From: Acidobacteriota bacterium
GTDB taxonomy: Bacteria > Acidobacteriota > Terriglobia > 20CM-2-55-15
Assembly (NCBI GenBank): GCA_022821145.1
Contig: JAJEEE010000025.1
Location: 18,050-82,049, forward strand
DNA length: 64,000 bases
Reading direction: 5' to 3'
The position numbers and the translations under genes are program-made. The notes below the pieces were generated by a model. It was not told the origin of the DNA. It worked only from the letters and a program-made list of their open reading frames with translations, and did no database searches. This document shows, piece by piece, positions 1-8,800 of the stretch. The number at the start of each line of letters is the position of its first letter. The first letter of the stretch is position 1.

Positions 1-276
1 GGCCTTGCGCTCGTGCATGGAGGCGACCACGCACAATTCGCTCAAACCCGGATGCGCCAATTCGCGCGTGGCCAGCGGGCCCGGAATGATACCGGTCACT
101 TCCCCGCCCGCGTCGAGGACCGTATCCGCCAGCGCGCCCATCAGGCCCGTCCCGCCGCCGCCATAGACCAGTGCGACGCCGCGGGAAACCAGCGCCGCGC
201 CCAGCGCCCGGGCGCTGGCGACGTACTCCGGGTTGCCGCCAGGACTCGAGCCGGCGAAGACGCAGACGCGCTTCAC
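1..276 (-). CDS. LOG family protein (cytokinin riboside 5'-monophosphate phosphoribohydrolase-like). Partial: GTG start near 276, gene runs off the window start
   Basis: Reverse translation gives VKRVCVFAGSSPGGNPEYVASARALGAALVSRGVALVYGGGGTGLMGALAD, the LOG/TIGR00730 N-terminal signature (glycine-rich GGGxGxMG). Confidence 0.55.
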   Translation of the reverse strand, partial: MKRVCVFAGSSPGGNPEYVASARALGAALVSRGVALVYGGGGTGLMGALADTVLDAGGEVTGIIPGPLATRELAHPGLSELCVVASMHERKA

Positions 277-300
277 CGCCGGAAGCCTCCGGAATATCCG

Positions 301-669
301 TCAGGCATCCGTGTCCCTGTGGACGGTGTCGGGCGAAAACGCCGGCAAACAGATGGCGACGTACTCGGCGCCGCCCGCCTCGGGCGTGCTGTAGCGGATC
401 CACTCGCCCGGTCGAGCGACGACGGCCTGCCCGGCCCGGACCTCCATTGCGCCGGCTTCGTGCTCCACTCGCAGCATCCCGCCGAGGACAACTGTGATTT
501 CCTCGAACTCCGGCCGTTGCCCCGGCTCCACCCAGCCCTGGGGCGACACCATACGGGCGATGCTGACACCCTGGTGGCCGGAATTGACCCGTCCCGCGTA
601 CTCCTCGATCCGCTTCGGCTTGTTTCCCTCTCCGGGTATGACCGTCGGACCTTCGATCAACTCAGGCAT
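301..669 (-). CDS. cupin domain protein
   Basis: 122-aa ORF with a cupin-2-like core (GEWIRYSTPEAGGAEYVAICLPAFSPD). Compact, short gap to neighbours. Confidence 0.55.
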   Translation of the reverse strand: MPELIEGPTVIPGEGNKPKRIEEYAGRVNSGHQGVSIARMVSPQGWVEPGQRPEFEEITVVLGGMLRVEHEAGAMEVRAGQAVVARPGEWIRYSTPEAGGAEYVAICLPAFSPDTVHRDTDA

Positions 670-699
670 TCGCCCCCTTTCGCGCGAAACCGGGCCGGC

Positions 700-1638
700 T
701 CAACCCTGCGCCAGCGCGGACACGTGAGCGTGGACGGCGCGGCCGAGACCTTCGAGGTCGTAGCCGCCCTCCAGCAACGAGACGACGCGGCCCGCGGCCG
801 AGCGACCCGCCATGTCCACGACCTCCCGCGTCATCTCTGAAAAGTCGCGATCCTCGAGCGACAACGCGCCCAACGGATCGCCCCGCCGCGAGTCGAAACC
901 GGCCGAAACGATGACCAGGTCCGGGGGAAAGCGGTCCTCGATCGCCGCCAGCGCCTCGCTGAACGCTTGCCGGTGGGTGGCCGCCGGCGTGCGGGCGGGA
1001 AGCGGCACGTTGAGGATCGATCCGGCGCCGGCTCCGTCCCCGGTCTCGACGCGCGCGCCCGTACCCGGATAGTAGGGGTACTGGTGCGTCGAGAAGTAGA
1101 ACACCGATCCGTCGCGGTAGAAGATCTCCTGGGTCCCGTTGCCGTGGTGGACGTCCCAGTCCACGATGAGGACGCGCTCGACGCCGTGGACGGCCTGGGC
1201 GTGCCGCGCGGCGATGGCGGCGTTGTTGAACAGGCAGAAGCCCATGGCCATCTGAGTTCCCGCGTGATGGCCGGGCGGCCGGACGGCGGCGAAGACGTTG
1301 TCGACATCGCCGCCGAGCACCAGGTCCACGGCCGTCGTCGCGGCGCCGGCCGCCAGGCGCGCCACCTCGAACGAGTCTCGGCTGATGGCCGTATCGGCGT
1401 CCAGGCGCTCGACGCCGGCCTCGACCGCGGCTCGAATGTCGTCGATCAGCGCGCGCGAGTGACAGCGCGCGATAGCGTCCTCGGAGGCGGACCGCGGCCG
1501 GCGGTGTTCGAGCACGTCCCACAGGTCCGTGTCGGCTTCGAGCGTCCGCCGGATGGCGTCGAGCCTCAGCGGCGTCTCCGGATGCGCTCCCGTCCGGTGG
1601 TCGCGGAATCGCGCATCGGCGATCAGCGCGGTCGGCAC
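700..1638 (-). CDS. histone deacetylase family protein (AcuC/acetoin-utilization-like)
   Basis: 312 aa. HDAC signatures VDWDVHHGNGTQ, FYFSTHQYPYYPGTG and SAGFD. Confidence 0.8.
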   Translation of the reverse strand: MPTALIADARFRDHRTGAHPETPLRLDAIRRTLEADTDLWDVLEHRRPRSASEDAIARCHSRALIDDIRAAVEAGVERLDADTAISRDSFEVARLAAGAATTAVDLVLGGDVDNVFAAVRPPGHHAGTQMAMGFCLFNNAAIAARHAQAVHGVERVLIVDWDVHHGNGTQEIFYRDGSVFYFSTHQYPYYPGTGARVETGDGAGAGSILNVPLPARTPAATHRQAFSEALAAIEDRFPPDLVIVSAGFDSRRGDPLGALSLEDRDFSEMTREVVDMAGRSAAGRVVSLLEGGYDLEGLGRAVHAHVSALAQG

Positions 1639-1741
1639 GGATTCTCCTCGCTAACGGCTTCGGGCGGCATTCGGCGCATTATTTCGCCGGAACGCACGAC
1701 GGGTCAACGGACGCGGCCGAAATACGCCGCGGACAGCCGGT

Positions 1742-4438
1742 TCAGTCGGCCCGAAGCGCGTCGGCGGGCCGGACGTTCGCGGCCCGCCACGCTGGGAACA
1801 GGCTGGCCAAGGTCGCGACGACGAGAATGACCCCGGCGATCGTTCCGAAAACCAGCGGGTCGTGCGGGGAGACGTCGAAAAGCAGGTCCGCGATGAACGA
1901 ACTGGCCAGGCCGGCGATCAGGACGCCCGCGGCGACCGAAACCACCGCGTTTCGGAGGCCGTCCCCGAGCACGCGGTTCAAGAGCGTTTCGCGGCTTTCT
2001 CCGACCGCGAGGCGAATCGCGAATTCCTGCCGGCGCTGCGAGGCCGCATAGGAAACAGACGACCACAGACCGATCACCGCCAGCAACACGGCCAGAATGC
2101 CGAAGGCCGTAAAGACCGAGGCGCCCAGGCGCCACGGACGGATCTGCGGATCCAGAACGTCACCCAGGGCCTCGATGCCGATATAAGGCAAGCCGGAATC
2201 CAACTCATAAAGGGCGTCGCGGATCGTGGAATCGTTCCGGCCAACGCCATCCGCCGTTCTGACGAGCAACGCCCTCGGTCCGTCGGCACTCAGCAGCAGC
2301 GGCGTATAGAAGTAGGCACGGACATCGTCCTCGACCAGGCTCCATGTCCGCGCGTCGCCCACTACGCCGACGACCGTCGCACATTCGTCGGGCCACACGT
2401 GTACATACGAGCATCGGCCGATGGGAGACTGATCGGGCCATGCCAGTCTCGCCAAGCTCTCATTGACGATGACGACCCTTCCATTCAACCGATCGGCTTC
2501 GACAAACGCCCGACCCTCGACGATGCGCATGCCTGTCGTCTGGAAGAAACCCGGCGTGACGGCGTTGGAGAAAGGAACGCCGTCCCGCGGAGAGGAGATA
2601 CTTCCCTGGTCCCGGTCGACGGCGAAAGAACCAGCACTGGCCACTCGAAGAGGCACCCTCCTGCTCACGCTGGCCCGACTCACACCCGGCAGGACCGAGA
2701 TTCGCTCAAGTGCGCGTTCGAAGAATGCGGCGTGCCCGGTGTCTCGACCGAATCGGGAAAAATCGACTTGAACGACCAGCACGTTCTCCCTGTCCAGGCC
2801 CATATTCGCGGTTTCCAGGTTGTATAGACTCCGCAAGAACAAACCCGCGCCCACCAGCAGCACGACCGACAGGGCCCCTTGTACGGCGACCAACACTCCC
2901 TGCATGCGAGGGCGCCGGGTCATGGCGGCTGAAGGGCCCTCACGGAACGACCTCAACGGGTGGGCCCGCAGGAAGTACAGAGGCGCCATCCCCGCGACCA
3001 GCGCCGTGCCGACCATCGACGCCGCCGCCACCGACAGAACACTGGGATGGACGACGGCTGAGGGTTCCCACGCCATTGCGGGGAGCAACGTCCGGTGCAG
3101 CCAAGCGCCCGCCCAAATCTGGGCGAGTATCGCCGCGGTTCCTCCCAGCACGGCCACGACCGAACTTTCGGTCAGAAGCTGGAGCGCGAGTTCCCTTCGA
3201 CCGATGCCCACCGCGAGGCGGACGGCGATTTCACGCCGGCGCCGGAGGGTACGAAGCAGCAGCAGCCCCGCAACGTTGGCGGACGCGATCAGGATGAAGA
3301 CAACCGCCACTCCGAGGAGCCAGACCGTGACGCGCGCTTCCGGAATCGGGCGGAGATTGTCTCCCAAACCACCGGTCAACGGTCCCAGGAGCGAGCGGGA
3401 TCGTCGATACGGTTCCATGCGCTCCACGGAGGCGTCCCGAAAAATCGGAGCGTAAGTCTCTTCCAGAAACGCACGCTGTAAATTGGTTAGTTCCGCCGAC
3501 GACTGCGCGGGCGAGGCTCCTTCCCTCAAGCGCAATACGATCCTCAGGGTATACGACGAACTGATCGTGTGCCACGTGACCGGTCGTCCCGACCCGTCAT
3601 CCCGGGTAAACAACGGCAGCCAGAGATCCACCTCCTGGAGTTCGACACCACGAAACCCACGTGGAGCAATCCCGACGATCGTGTACGGCTGTCCATGGAT
3701 TTCCAGCGTCTGCCCGACGATGCCGGGATCCCCGCCCAGGCGAACCTGCCAGAACGCGTGCCCCAGGACGACGACTCGGGCGCCGGTTGCCGGATGCGCT
3801 TCGCTGTCGTCGATGAAGCGCCCTATTTCGGGGCGCGTTCCCAGTGTTTCCCAGAATCCCGGAGAGACCATGACGACTTCCGCCATCTCTGCATCGATTC
3901 CAGATCCGACCGGGAGCGTCGTGTCTGCGTACGCCCCGAGGGATTCGAGAGTCCGTGCCCGCTCCGACAACAACTCGAAGAACGGATAGGATGTTGCCCC
4001 GCCAGGTTCACCCTCCCCACCATCAATCCAGAACACCTGACGGAACTTGAACACGCGATCGGGGGCTGAAACATGCGGAGGCGGCGCCAAGATCAAGTTT
4101 TGGGTGACGCTGAACATGCCGGTCACGGCGCCGATGCCGATGGCGATCGTCAGAACGGCGGTTGCCGACACGCCTGGTTGGCGGCGGATTCCTCGAAGCG
4201 CGTAGACGAGATTCCGCCGTAGAGTGTCCGACCAACCGAAGCCGGTGAGATCGTAAACGCGTTCTCTCACGGCCGTCGAGTTGCCGAACTGACGCCGGGC
4301 CGAGGCGTATGCCTCGTCGGGGGGCATCCCCGATTCTTCGTTCAACTCCGCCCGCATTGCGACGTGGGTCTCGATCTCCCGGCTTACGTCCTCGCTGATC
4401 GACGAACGGCGGAACAGCCGCTGGAACAGATTTCTCAT
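1742..4438 (-). CDS. ABC transporter permease, duplicated FtsX/MacB-like (ADOP family)
   Basis: About 898 aa from the internal start MRNLFQRLF at 4438. Two FtsX-type 4-TM blocks flank large periplasmic domains. The ATG overlaps the PadR stop (ATGA). Confidence 0.8.
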   Translation of the reverse strand: MRNLFQRLFRRSSISEDVSREIETHVAMRAELNEESGMPPDEAYASARRQFGNSTAVRERVYDLTGFGWSDTLRRNLVYALRGIRRQPGVSATAVLTIAIGIGAVTGMFSVTQNLILAPPPHVSAPDRVFKFRQVFWIDGGEGEPGGATSYPFFELLSERARTLESLGAYADTTLPVGSGIDAEMAEVVMVSPGFWETLGTRPEIGRFIDDSEAHPATGARVVVLGHAFWQVRLGGDPGIVGQTLEIHGQPYTIVGIAPRGFRGVELQEVDLWLPLFTRDDGSGRPVTWHTISSSYTLRIVLRLREGASPAQSSAELTNLQRAFLEETYAPIFRDASVERMEPYRRSRSLLGPLTGGLGDNLRPIPEARVTVWLLGVAVVFILIASANVAGLLLLRTLRRRREIAVRLAVGIGRRELALQLLTESSVVAVLGGTAAILAQIWAGAWLHRTLLPAMAWEPSAVVHPSVLSVAAASMVGTALVAGMAPLYFLRAHPLRSFREGPSAAMTRRPRMQGVLVAVQGALSVVLLVGAGLFLRSLYNLETANMGLDRENVLVVQVDFSRFGRDTGHAAFFERALERISVLPGVSRASVSRRVPLRVASAGSFAVDRDQGSISSPRDGVPFSNAVTPGFFQTTGMRIVEGRAFVEADRLNGRVVIVNESLARLAWPDQSPIGRCSYVHVWPDECATVVGVVGDARTWSLVEDDVRAYFYTPLLLSADGPRALLVRTADGVGRNDSTIRDALYELDSGLPYIGIEALGDVLDPQIRPWRLGASVFTAFGILAVLLAVIGLWSSVSYAASQRRQEFAIRLAVGESRETLLNRVLGDGLRNAVVSVAAGVLIAGLASSFIADLLFDVSPHDPLVFGTIAGVILVVATLASLFPAWRAANVRPADALRAD

Positions 4439-4764
4439 ACGCCCCCCAGCACCTTCGCAACGCTGCGTGTCAGGACGCTCCAGCGCCGCTCGACTTCCGC
4501 CAACCGGGCTCTTCCGCGACGCGTCAAGGCGTAGTAGCGGGCGCGCCGCCCCTTCTCGGTCGTCTTCCATTCGCCTTGGATGACGTTCTCGCGTTCCAGC
4601 CGGCGGAGAGCGGGATAGAGCGAGCCTTCCTCCACGCGGAGCATGCCGTCCGACACGGTCTGGATGTGCAACGTGATTCCGAAGCCGTGGTTCGGACGGC
4701 CCTCCAGAGTTTTCAGAATCAGGAGGTCCAGTGTTCCCTGAAGAGAGTCCGTCTGTTTGGGCAT
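4435..4764 (-). CDS. PadR family transcriptional regulator
   Basis: 109 aa. PadR winged-helix motif LILKTLEGRPNHGFGI...EEGSLYPALRRLE. Start-stop coupled to the downstream permease. Confidence 0.85.
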   Translation of the reverse strand: MPKQTDSLQGTLDLLILKTLEGRPNHGFGITLHIQTVSDGMLRVEEGSLYPALRRLERENVIQGEWKTTEKGRRARYYALTRRGRARLAEVERRWSVLTRSVAKVLGGV

Positions 4765-4891
4765 CGGCCGTCTCCCCTAGAAGTCTGGGTGAATACTACG
4801 GGCGGAAAACGGCCGCCGTCAACAAGAGAATCGCGAAGAGACGAGGGTACCGGACGAAACAGAATACGGCTGGGTGCTGAGGCGGCGCGGC

Positions 4892-5260
4892 TCAGTCCAC
4901 GCGCGCCGTATCGACGATGTACGCCGAGAGGGCGGCCAGGTCGGCGTCGCTGACCTCGGTCTTGCGGAAGGGCGCCATCACGCTCACGCCGTTCCGGACG
5001 AAAAAGGCGATCCGTTCCGGCGTCAGATCGCCGCGTTCGGTCAACACCGCTGGACGGCCATCATCGTACTTGGCCGCCAGAGCCTGTGTCCCCGGCATGT
5101 TGGGACCCGCCGAATGGCACGTCGCGCACCAGTAGTCGTAGACTTCCGCGCCGCGGGCCAACTCCGCGGCGTCCGGCTCATCCTGCGCGGGCGCCGACGT
5201 CCCAGCCAAGAACGCGGCGGTGACGACCGCCGCCGCAACGAAACCGCCCAGGAGCCTCAT
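4892..5260 (-). CDS. mono-heme cytochrome c (PchC-like flavocytochrome subunit)
   Basis: This is the 3' 369 nt of the 681-aa ORF. MRLLGGFVAAAVVTAAFLAGTSAPA is a signal peptide. It carries one CATCH (CXXCH) site. The ATG overlaps the stop of the upstream VAO gene (ATGA). Confidence 0.75.
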   Translation of the reverse strand: MRLLGGFVAAAVVTAAFLAGTSAPAQDEPDAAELARGAEVYDYWCATCHSAGPNMPGTQALAAKYDDGRPAVLTERGDLTPERIAFFVRNGVSVMAPFRKTEVSDADLAALSAYIVDTARVD

Positions 5261-6858
5261 GCGTCCCTCAGGTGGCGGGGCCATATGCCGTAGCGCCCGG
5301 CCGCGATGACGCCGTTCGGGTCCACGGCGTCCTTGATCGTCTCGTGTAGCCGGATCAGGGCGTTGTCGTTGAACGCGTACGCGGCCGCGCAATCGTCCAT
5401 GAACTCCGTGTGCGTGCGGTATTCGCCCCAGCCGTGCTCGGCGGCCACCTCGACGAGCCGCCGGAAGGTGCGGCGCACGGCCTGGTTCGTCTCGATGTCC
5501 GGCATCACGTAGAACATGCAGAGAATCACGAACGTGCGCGGATGGAAGGACTGCGGGAAGACCAGCAGCGCCGTGTCGGTCCCGAATTCCTGCAGAACCT
5601 GCTGGAACACGCGCTGCGACTCGATGACGGCCTCGCCGGTCATGGGGATGACGGGAGAAAAACCGACGTGTCCGCGCGTGGCGGGAGCGAAGTTCGATCG
5701 GGCGCCGATCGAGAAGGTCGCCAGCGTCGGTATGCCCAGGTCCTGCGGGTCGCGGACGCCGGCCTTCTCGGCCTCCGTCAGCGGGAAGCGGTAGAACGCG
5801 CCGTCCCGGAAGCGCGCGCCGGGGATCGACGACAGGCGGCGCCGGGTGTAATCCCACTGCGCGCGCACGACCTCCTCGGGTCCGTAGAACTTGAAGATGT
5901 TCGAGTAGAACGGCACGCCGCGCTCGCGCGCGAACGCGTCGAGACGGGCGATGTCGGCCGCCTCGCCGCTCGCCAGGGCCGCGCGCAGGTCGGGATCCTG
6001 GGCCACCGCGAAGCGCAGCGGCGATTGCAGGTTCGTGCCGGCGTTCTGCAAGCCGGTGTTCATCACGTAGTTCATGTGATCGACGAGCGGGATGACGTCG
6101 TCGTGACCGAACACCTCGACCGTGCCGTCGATATAGGCTTCCGGTTCCGGCATCAGCCAGACGCCCATCTTGGTGACGACGCCGAAGTTGGACTGCGAGA
6201 ACATCCCGTCGATGTACGGCCCGTATCCGTACTTGAAGTGCTGCCACGTCGTCGAGCCCGGCAGCGCGCCCATTCCCGTGCGCACCAGCTCGCCGGAGCC
6301 GGTCACGACCTCCATCCCGCAGTGGGCGTCGAAGTGGTCGCGGTACGGGTTCATCGTGTAGCCGACCCCGTGGTCCAGCGCGTTGCCGACGACGCTGCCC
6401 CAACCCGGGTCCGGGCAGTCGATCCACAGCTTGAGCCCGCGGTCCTGTATGTAGCGGTAGAGGTCGAAGTAGCTGACGCCGGGCTCGACCAGCGCGTAGG
6501 CGTTCCGCTCGTTCACTTCGAGAATCCGGTTCATGCGCTTCAGGTCGAGCACGACGCTGCCGGACAGCACCGGCGCGGCGCCGCCGTATCCGAGGTTCCG
6601 GCCCGTCGAGATCGGATAGAGCGGCACGCGAAACTCGTTGGCGACGCGCACGACGGCCTGGACCTGGTCGGCCGAGCCGGGCGCGACGGCCGCCGAGGCC
6701 ACTTTCTCGTCGGGCTCGTTCCACAGCGGCGAGTATGCGTCGCGGTACAAGGCGACATCCGCGTCGCCGGTGAAGACCCACTCCTCGCCCACGATGCCGC
6801 GCCAACGAGAGATCGCGTTGTCGAAATCCGTCTGACGGACTCCTCGGGGAAGCGTCAT
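5257..6858 (-). CDS. FAD-linked oxidase, vanillyl-alcohol oxidase / p-cresol methylhydroxylase flavoprotein family
   Basis: 534 aa from MTLPRGVRQTDFDNAISRWRGIVGEEWVF (GGAGG RBS). FAD_binding_4 and VAO C-terminal motifs (ISTGRNLGYGGAAP, RYGIWP). No signal peptide. Confidence 0.85.
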   Translation of the reverse strand: MTLPRGVRQTDFDNAISRWRGIVGEEWVFTGDADVALYRDAYSPLWNEPDEKVASAAVAPGSADQVQAVVRVANEFRVPLYPISTGRNLGYGGAAPVLSGSVVLDLKRMNRILEVNERNAYALVEPGVSYFDLYRYIQDRGLKLWIDCPDPGWGSVVGNALDHGVGYTMNPYRDHFDAHCGMEVVTGSGELVRTGMGALPGSTTWQHFKYGYGPYIDGMFSQSNFGVVTKMGVWLMPEPEAYIDGTVEVFGHDDVIPLVDHMNYVMNTGLQNAGTNLQSPLRFAVAQDPDLRAALASGEAADIARLDAFARERGVPFYSNIFKFYGPEEVVRAQWDYTRRRLSSIPGARFRDGAFYRFPLTEAEKAGVRDPQDLGIPTLATFSIGARSNFAPATRGHVGFSPVIPMTGEAVIESQRVFQQVLQEFGTDTALLVFPQSFHPRTFVILCMFYVMPDIETNQAVRRTFRRLVEVAAEHGWGEYRTHTEFMDDCAAAYAFNDNALIRLHETIKDAVDPNGVIAAGRYGIWPRHLRDA

Positions 6859-7409
6859 GTTCGGAAGCCTCCGATGCTCGCCCTCGCGCGGGCCGACGGA
6901 CGAGCGGGAGCGATGATCCAGGAATGCAGGACCGCATCGTCGTCGGACGCGGCCGGCATGGCTGCCTCGCTCGGCCCGCGCGGCGAGGTCTCTTCCAGTC
7001 GCGCCCGGGCCATGGCCTCGGCCACGCGCTCGGGCAACGCGCCGTCCGTCCACGGGGCCGCGTGCCTGCCGTGGTACACGACCCGCATTCCGTGGTCCCA
7101 CGCCAGGCGCTCCAGGCAGAACAACGCCCCTCGCGCGGTCAACCCCGCCAGGGGCGCCGGTTCGACCGTCCAGCGCGGGTGGAGCTCTTCGAACCAGAGC
7201 CGCGTGACGTCCCCGTCGATGGCGCGTGGCTCCAAGCCGAAGGGCCGAATCGCGTCGGCGAAACGGCGGGCCGGCTCGAACCTTCGGTCGAACACGGCCA
7301 TGCGGGGGCCGGGCGCGTCCATGGACGTCTCCGAGCGCGCGACAATCGGCGCAGCCGCGGCCAGCGCCGTGGCCCGGAGGAACTCACGCCGGTTCGTCAC
7401 TGGATTCAC
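6855..7409 (-). CDS. hypothetical protein with twin-arginine (Tat) signal
   Basis: Inferred GTG start gives VNPVTNRREFLRATALAAAAPIVA (S/T-RRxFL Tat motif). About 184 aa. Its stop overlaps the VAO start (ATGA) and its start overlaps the stop of the upstream small secreted gene (GTGA). Confidence 0.45.
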   Translation of the reverse strand: MNPVTNRREFLRATALAAAAPIVARSETSMDAPGPRMAVFDRRFEPARRFADAIRPFGLEPRAIDGDVTRLWFEELHPRWTVEPAPLAGLTARGALFCLERLAWDHGMRVVYHGRHAAPWTDGALPERVAEAMARARLEETSPRGPSEAAMPAASDDDAVLHSWIIAPARPSARARASIGGFRT

Positions 7410-7828
7410 CGCTCCTCGTCCTCGCCGGGCGCGCCCGTCCCGGGCGAGCCCAGGAACAATTGCGACCCGTCGGGCAGCGTGACGTTGCGCCCGTTCGCCG
7501 CGTTGGACCCGTCGCGGTGACGGTAGCCGAAAACGACGACCGCGGTGCCGTTCGGGATGGAATCCCGGGTCATGCCCCGGCGGACGAGCGTGTTGGGACT
7601 GCCCGCCTCGATCATCCAGCTTTCGACGGCGCCGTCCTGGCCTTCGACGTCGATGTGAAGCCACGCATGCGGATTGATCCACTCGATGCGCGTGATGGTG
7701 CCCTCGAGCGTGATCGGCTGGTTCTCGTCGAACTCCGCCGAGAACGCGTGGTGGGCCGCCGCGGGCGCCGCCGCGACCAGGACGGCGCCGGCAAGAACCG
7801 CCGCTTGCATCCATCGGGAGCTATTCAT
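7406..7828 (-). CDS. small secreted protein, family A (predicted mature N-terminus His-His)
   Basis: 140 aa from MNSSRWMQAAVLAGAVLVAAAPAAA|HHAFSAEFDENQPITLEGTITRIEWINPH. GGAGG RBS. It is a paralog of the 21858-22232 product. Confidence 0.55.
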   Translation of the reverse strand: MNSSRWMQAAVLAGAVLVAAAPAAAHHAFSAEFDENQPITLEGTITRIEWINPHAWLHIDVEGQDGAVESWMIEAGSPNTLVRRGMTRDSIPNGTAVVVFGYRHRDGSNAANGRNVTLPDGSQLFLGSPGTGAPGEDEER

Positions 7829-8786
7829 CTCCGGCCTCCGCTCGGCGTTCCTCCGCCCGCGCCGCCGAGAGCAAGCCGCGCAGTCCGTAGTTGCCCTCGT
7901 GACACGCGAATTCAATGAGCGGTCCCGCCTGGGGGTGCATGAAGATCTCCACGGTCCAGGGCTCGGTGAATACGTCGGGGTCGTCGATGGTGGCCCGGTA
8001 GCGGATCTGATCCGGCGCGGTGCGCGTGAATTCCTCCGTAACCCGGAAATTGTCGCTCATGACGGAATTCAGGTACTGGACGCCGTAGAAGTGCCTGTTG
8101 GGCCGTTGGTTCGCGGTTTCCACCACCAGCGTGTCGCCCTCCCAGCGGCCCCGCGAGTCGCCCGTCCACTGTCGTACGCGGTCGGGAAAGTGCGGGCGGC
8201 CGTCGATCGGAATGATCCGGACCTCGTGGTTGAGCTCGGCCATGATCGTCACGTAGTCGGGCGTCTGCACGATGTAGTAGTTGTTGTTGTAGGGCTCCGG
8301 GAACATCGGCGCGGCTCCGCCCCCGAACACGATGCATCGTTCGGTCAGGTACCGGTCCTCGGGCGAATCGGCCGGGTGCTCTGCCATGTAGGCCAGGTTC
8401 TCCTCGAACCGGCGCTGCGCCTCCGGCGTGAAGGGGGGAACGCGGCCGTCGGCGGGCTCGATCACCAGCGACGTACGCAGGGTGGGCACGATAGAGTTGC
8501 CGCGGTCGAACCAGGCGTCGTTGTACGAGCCGACCGATCCCGGCTGCCCGATGGTCCGGTCGGCGTTGGTGGCCTCGATTCTCTCCCGGACGTAGGCTTC
8601 GGCTTCCTCGGGCGTGAAGAACTCCGTGTCCGCAAGCTCGGACGGGCGCTGGAGCGGCGTCAGCGTCGCGTTCGACCACAGTCCCTGCAGATCCGGATCG
8701 CCCCACGACGTGCGCTGTGCGAGGCCTTCGGCCGGAACCGCGGACATCGCCAGCGCCGCCATGGCGAGAATGTGTCGATGGGTCAT
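7821..8786 (-). CDS. secreted protein, family B paralog (B2)
   Basis: 321 aa from MTHRHILAMAALAMSAVPAEGLA. It shares the motifs WEGDTLVVET and DDPDVFTEPWT with 8801-9583 and 22232-22996. I rejected the 5' extension of the 584-aa ORF. Confidence 0.6.
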   Translation of the reverse strand: MTHRHILAMAALAMSAVPAEGLAQRTSWGDPDLQGLWSNATLTPLQRPSELADTEFFTPEEAEAYVRERIEATNADRTIGQPGSVGSYNDAWFDRGNSIVPTLRTSLVIEPADGRVPPFTPEAQRRFEENLAYMAEHPADSPEDRYLTERCIVFGGGAAPMFPEPYNNNYYIVQTPDYVTIMAELNHEVRIIPIDGRPHFPDRVRQWTGDSRGRWEGDTLVVETANQRPNRHFYGVQYLNSVMSDNFRVTEEFTRTAPDQIRYRATIDDPDVFTEPWTVEIFMHPQAGPLIEFACHEGNYGLRGLLSAARAEERRAEAGDE

Positions 8787-8800
8787 CGTTCGGCTCCTCG

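Noticed and set aside
4892-6937. 681-aa minus-strand ORF as a single gene
   Set aside because: Only its 3' 369 nt (signal peptide plus CXXCH cytochrome c) is coherent. Upstream it runs out-of-frame over the VAO gene, which has its own strong RBS-associated start.
5410-7482. 690-aa ORF on the plus strand
   Set aside because: It is antisense to the VAO flavoprotein and Tat-protein genes. It has Arg/Ala/Gly/Pro-rich low-complexity composition typical of shadow ORFs in high-GC DNA, and no motif or RBS.
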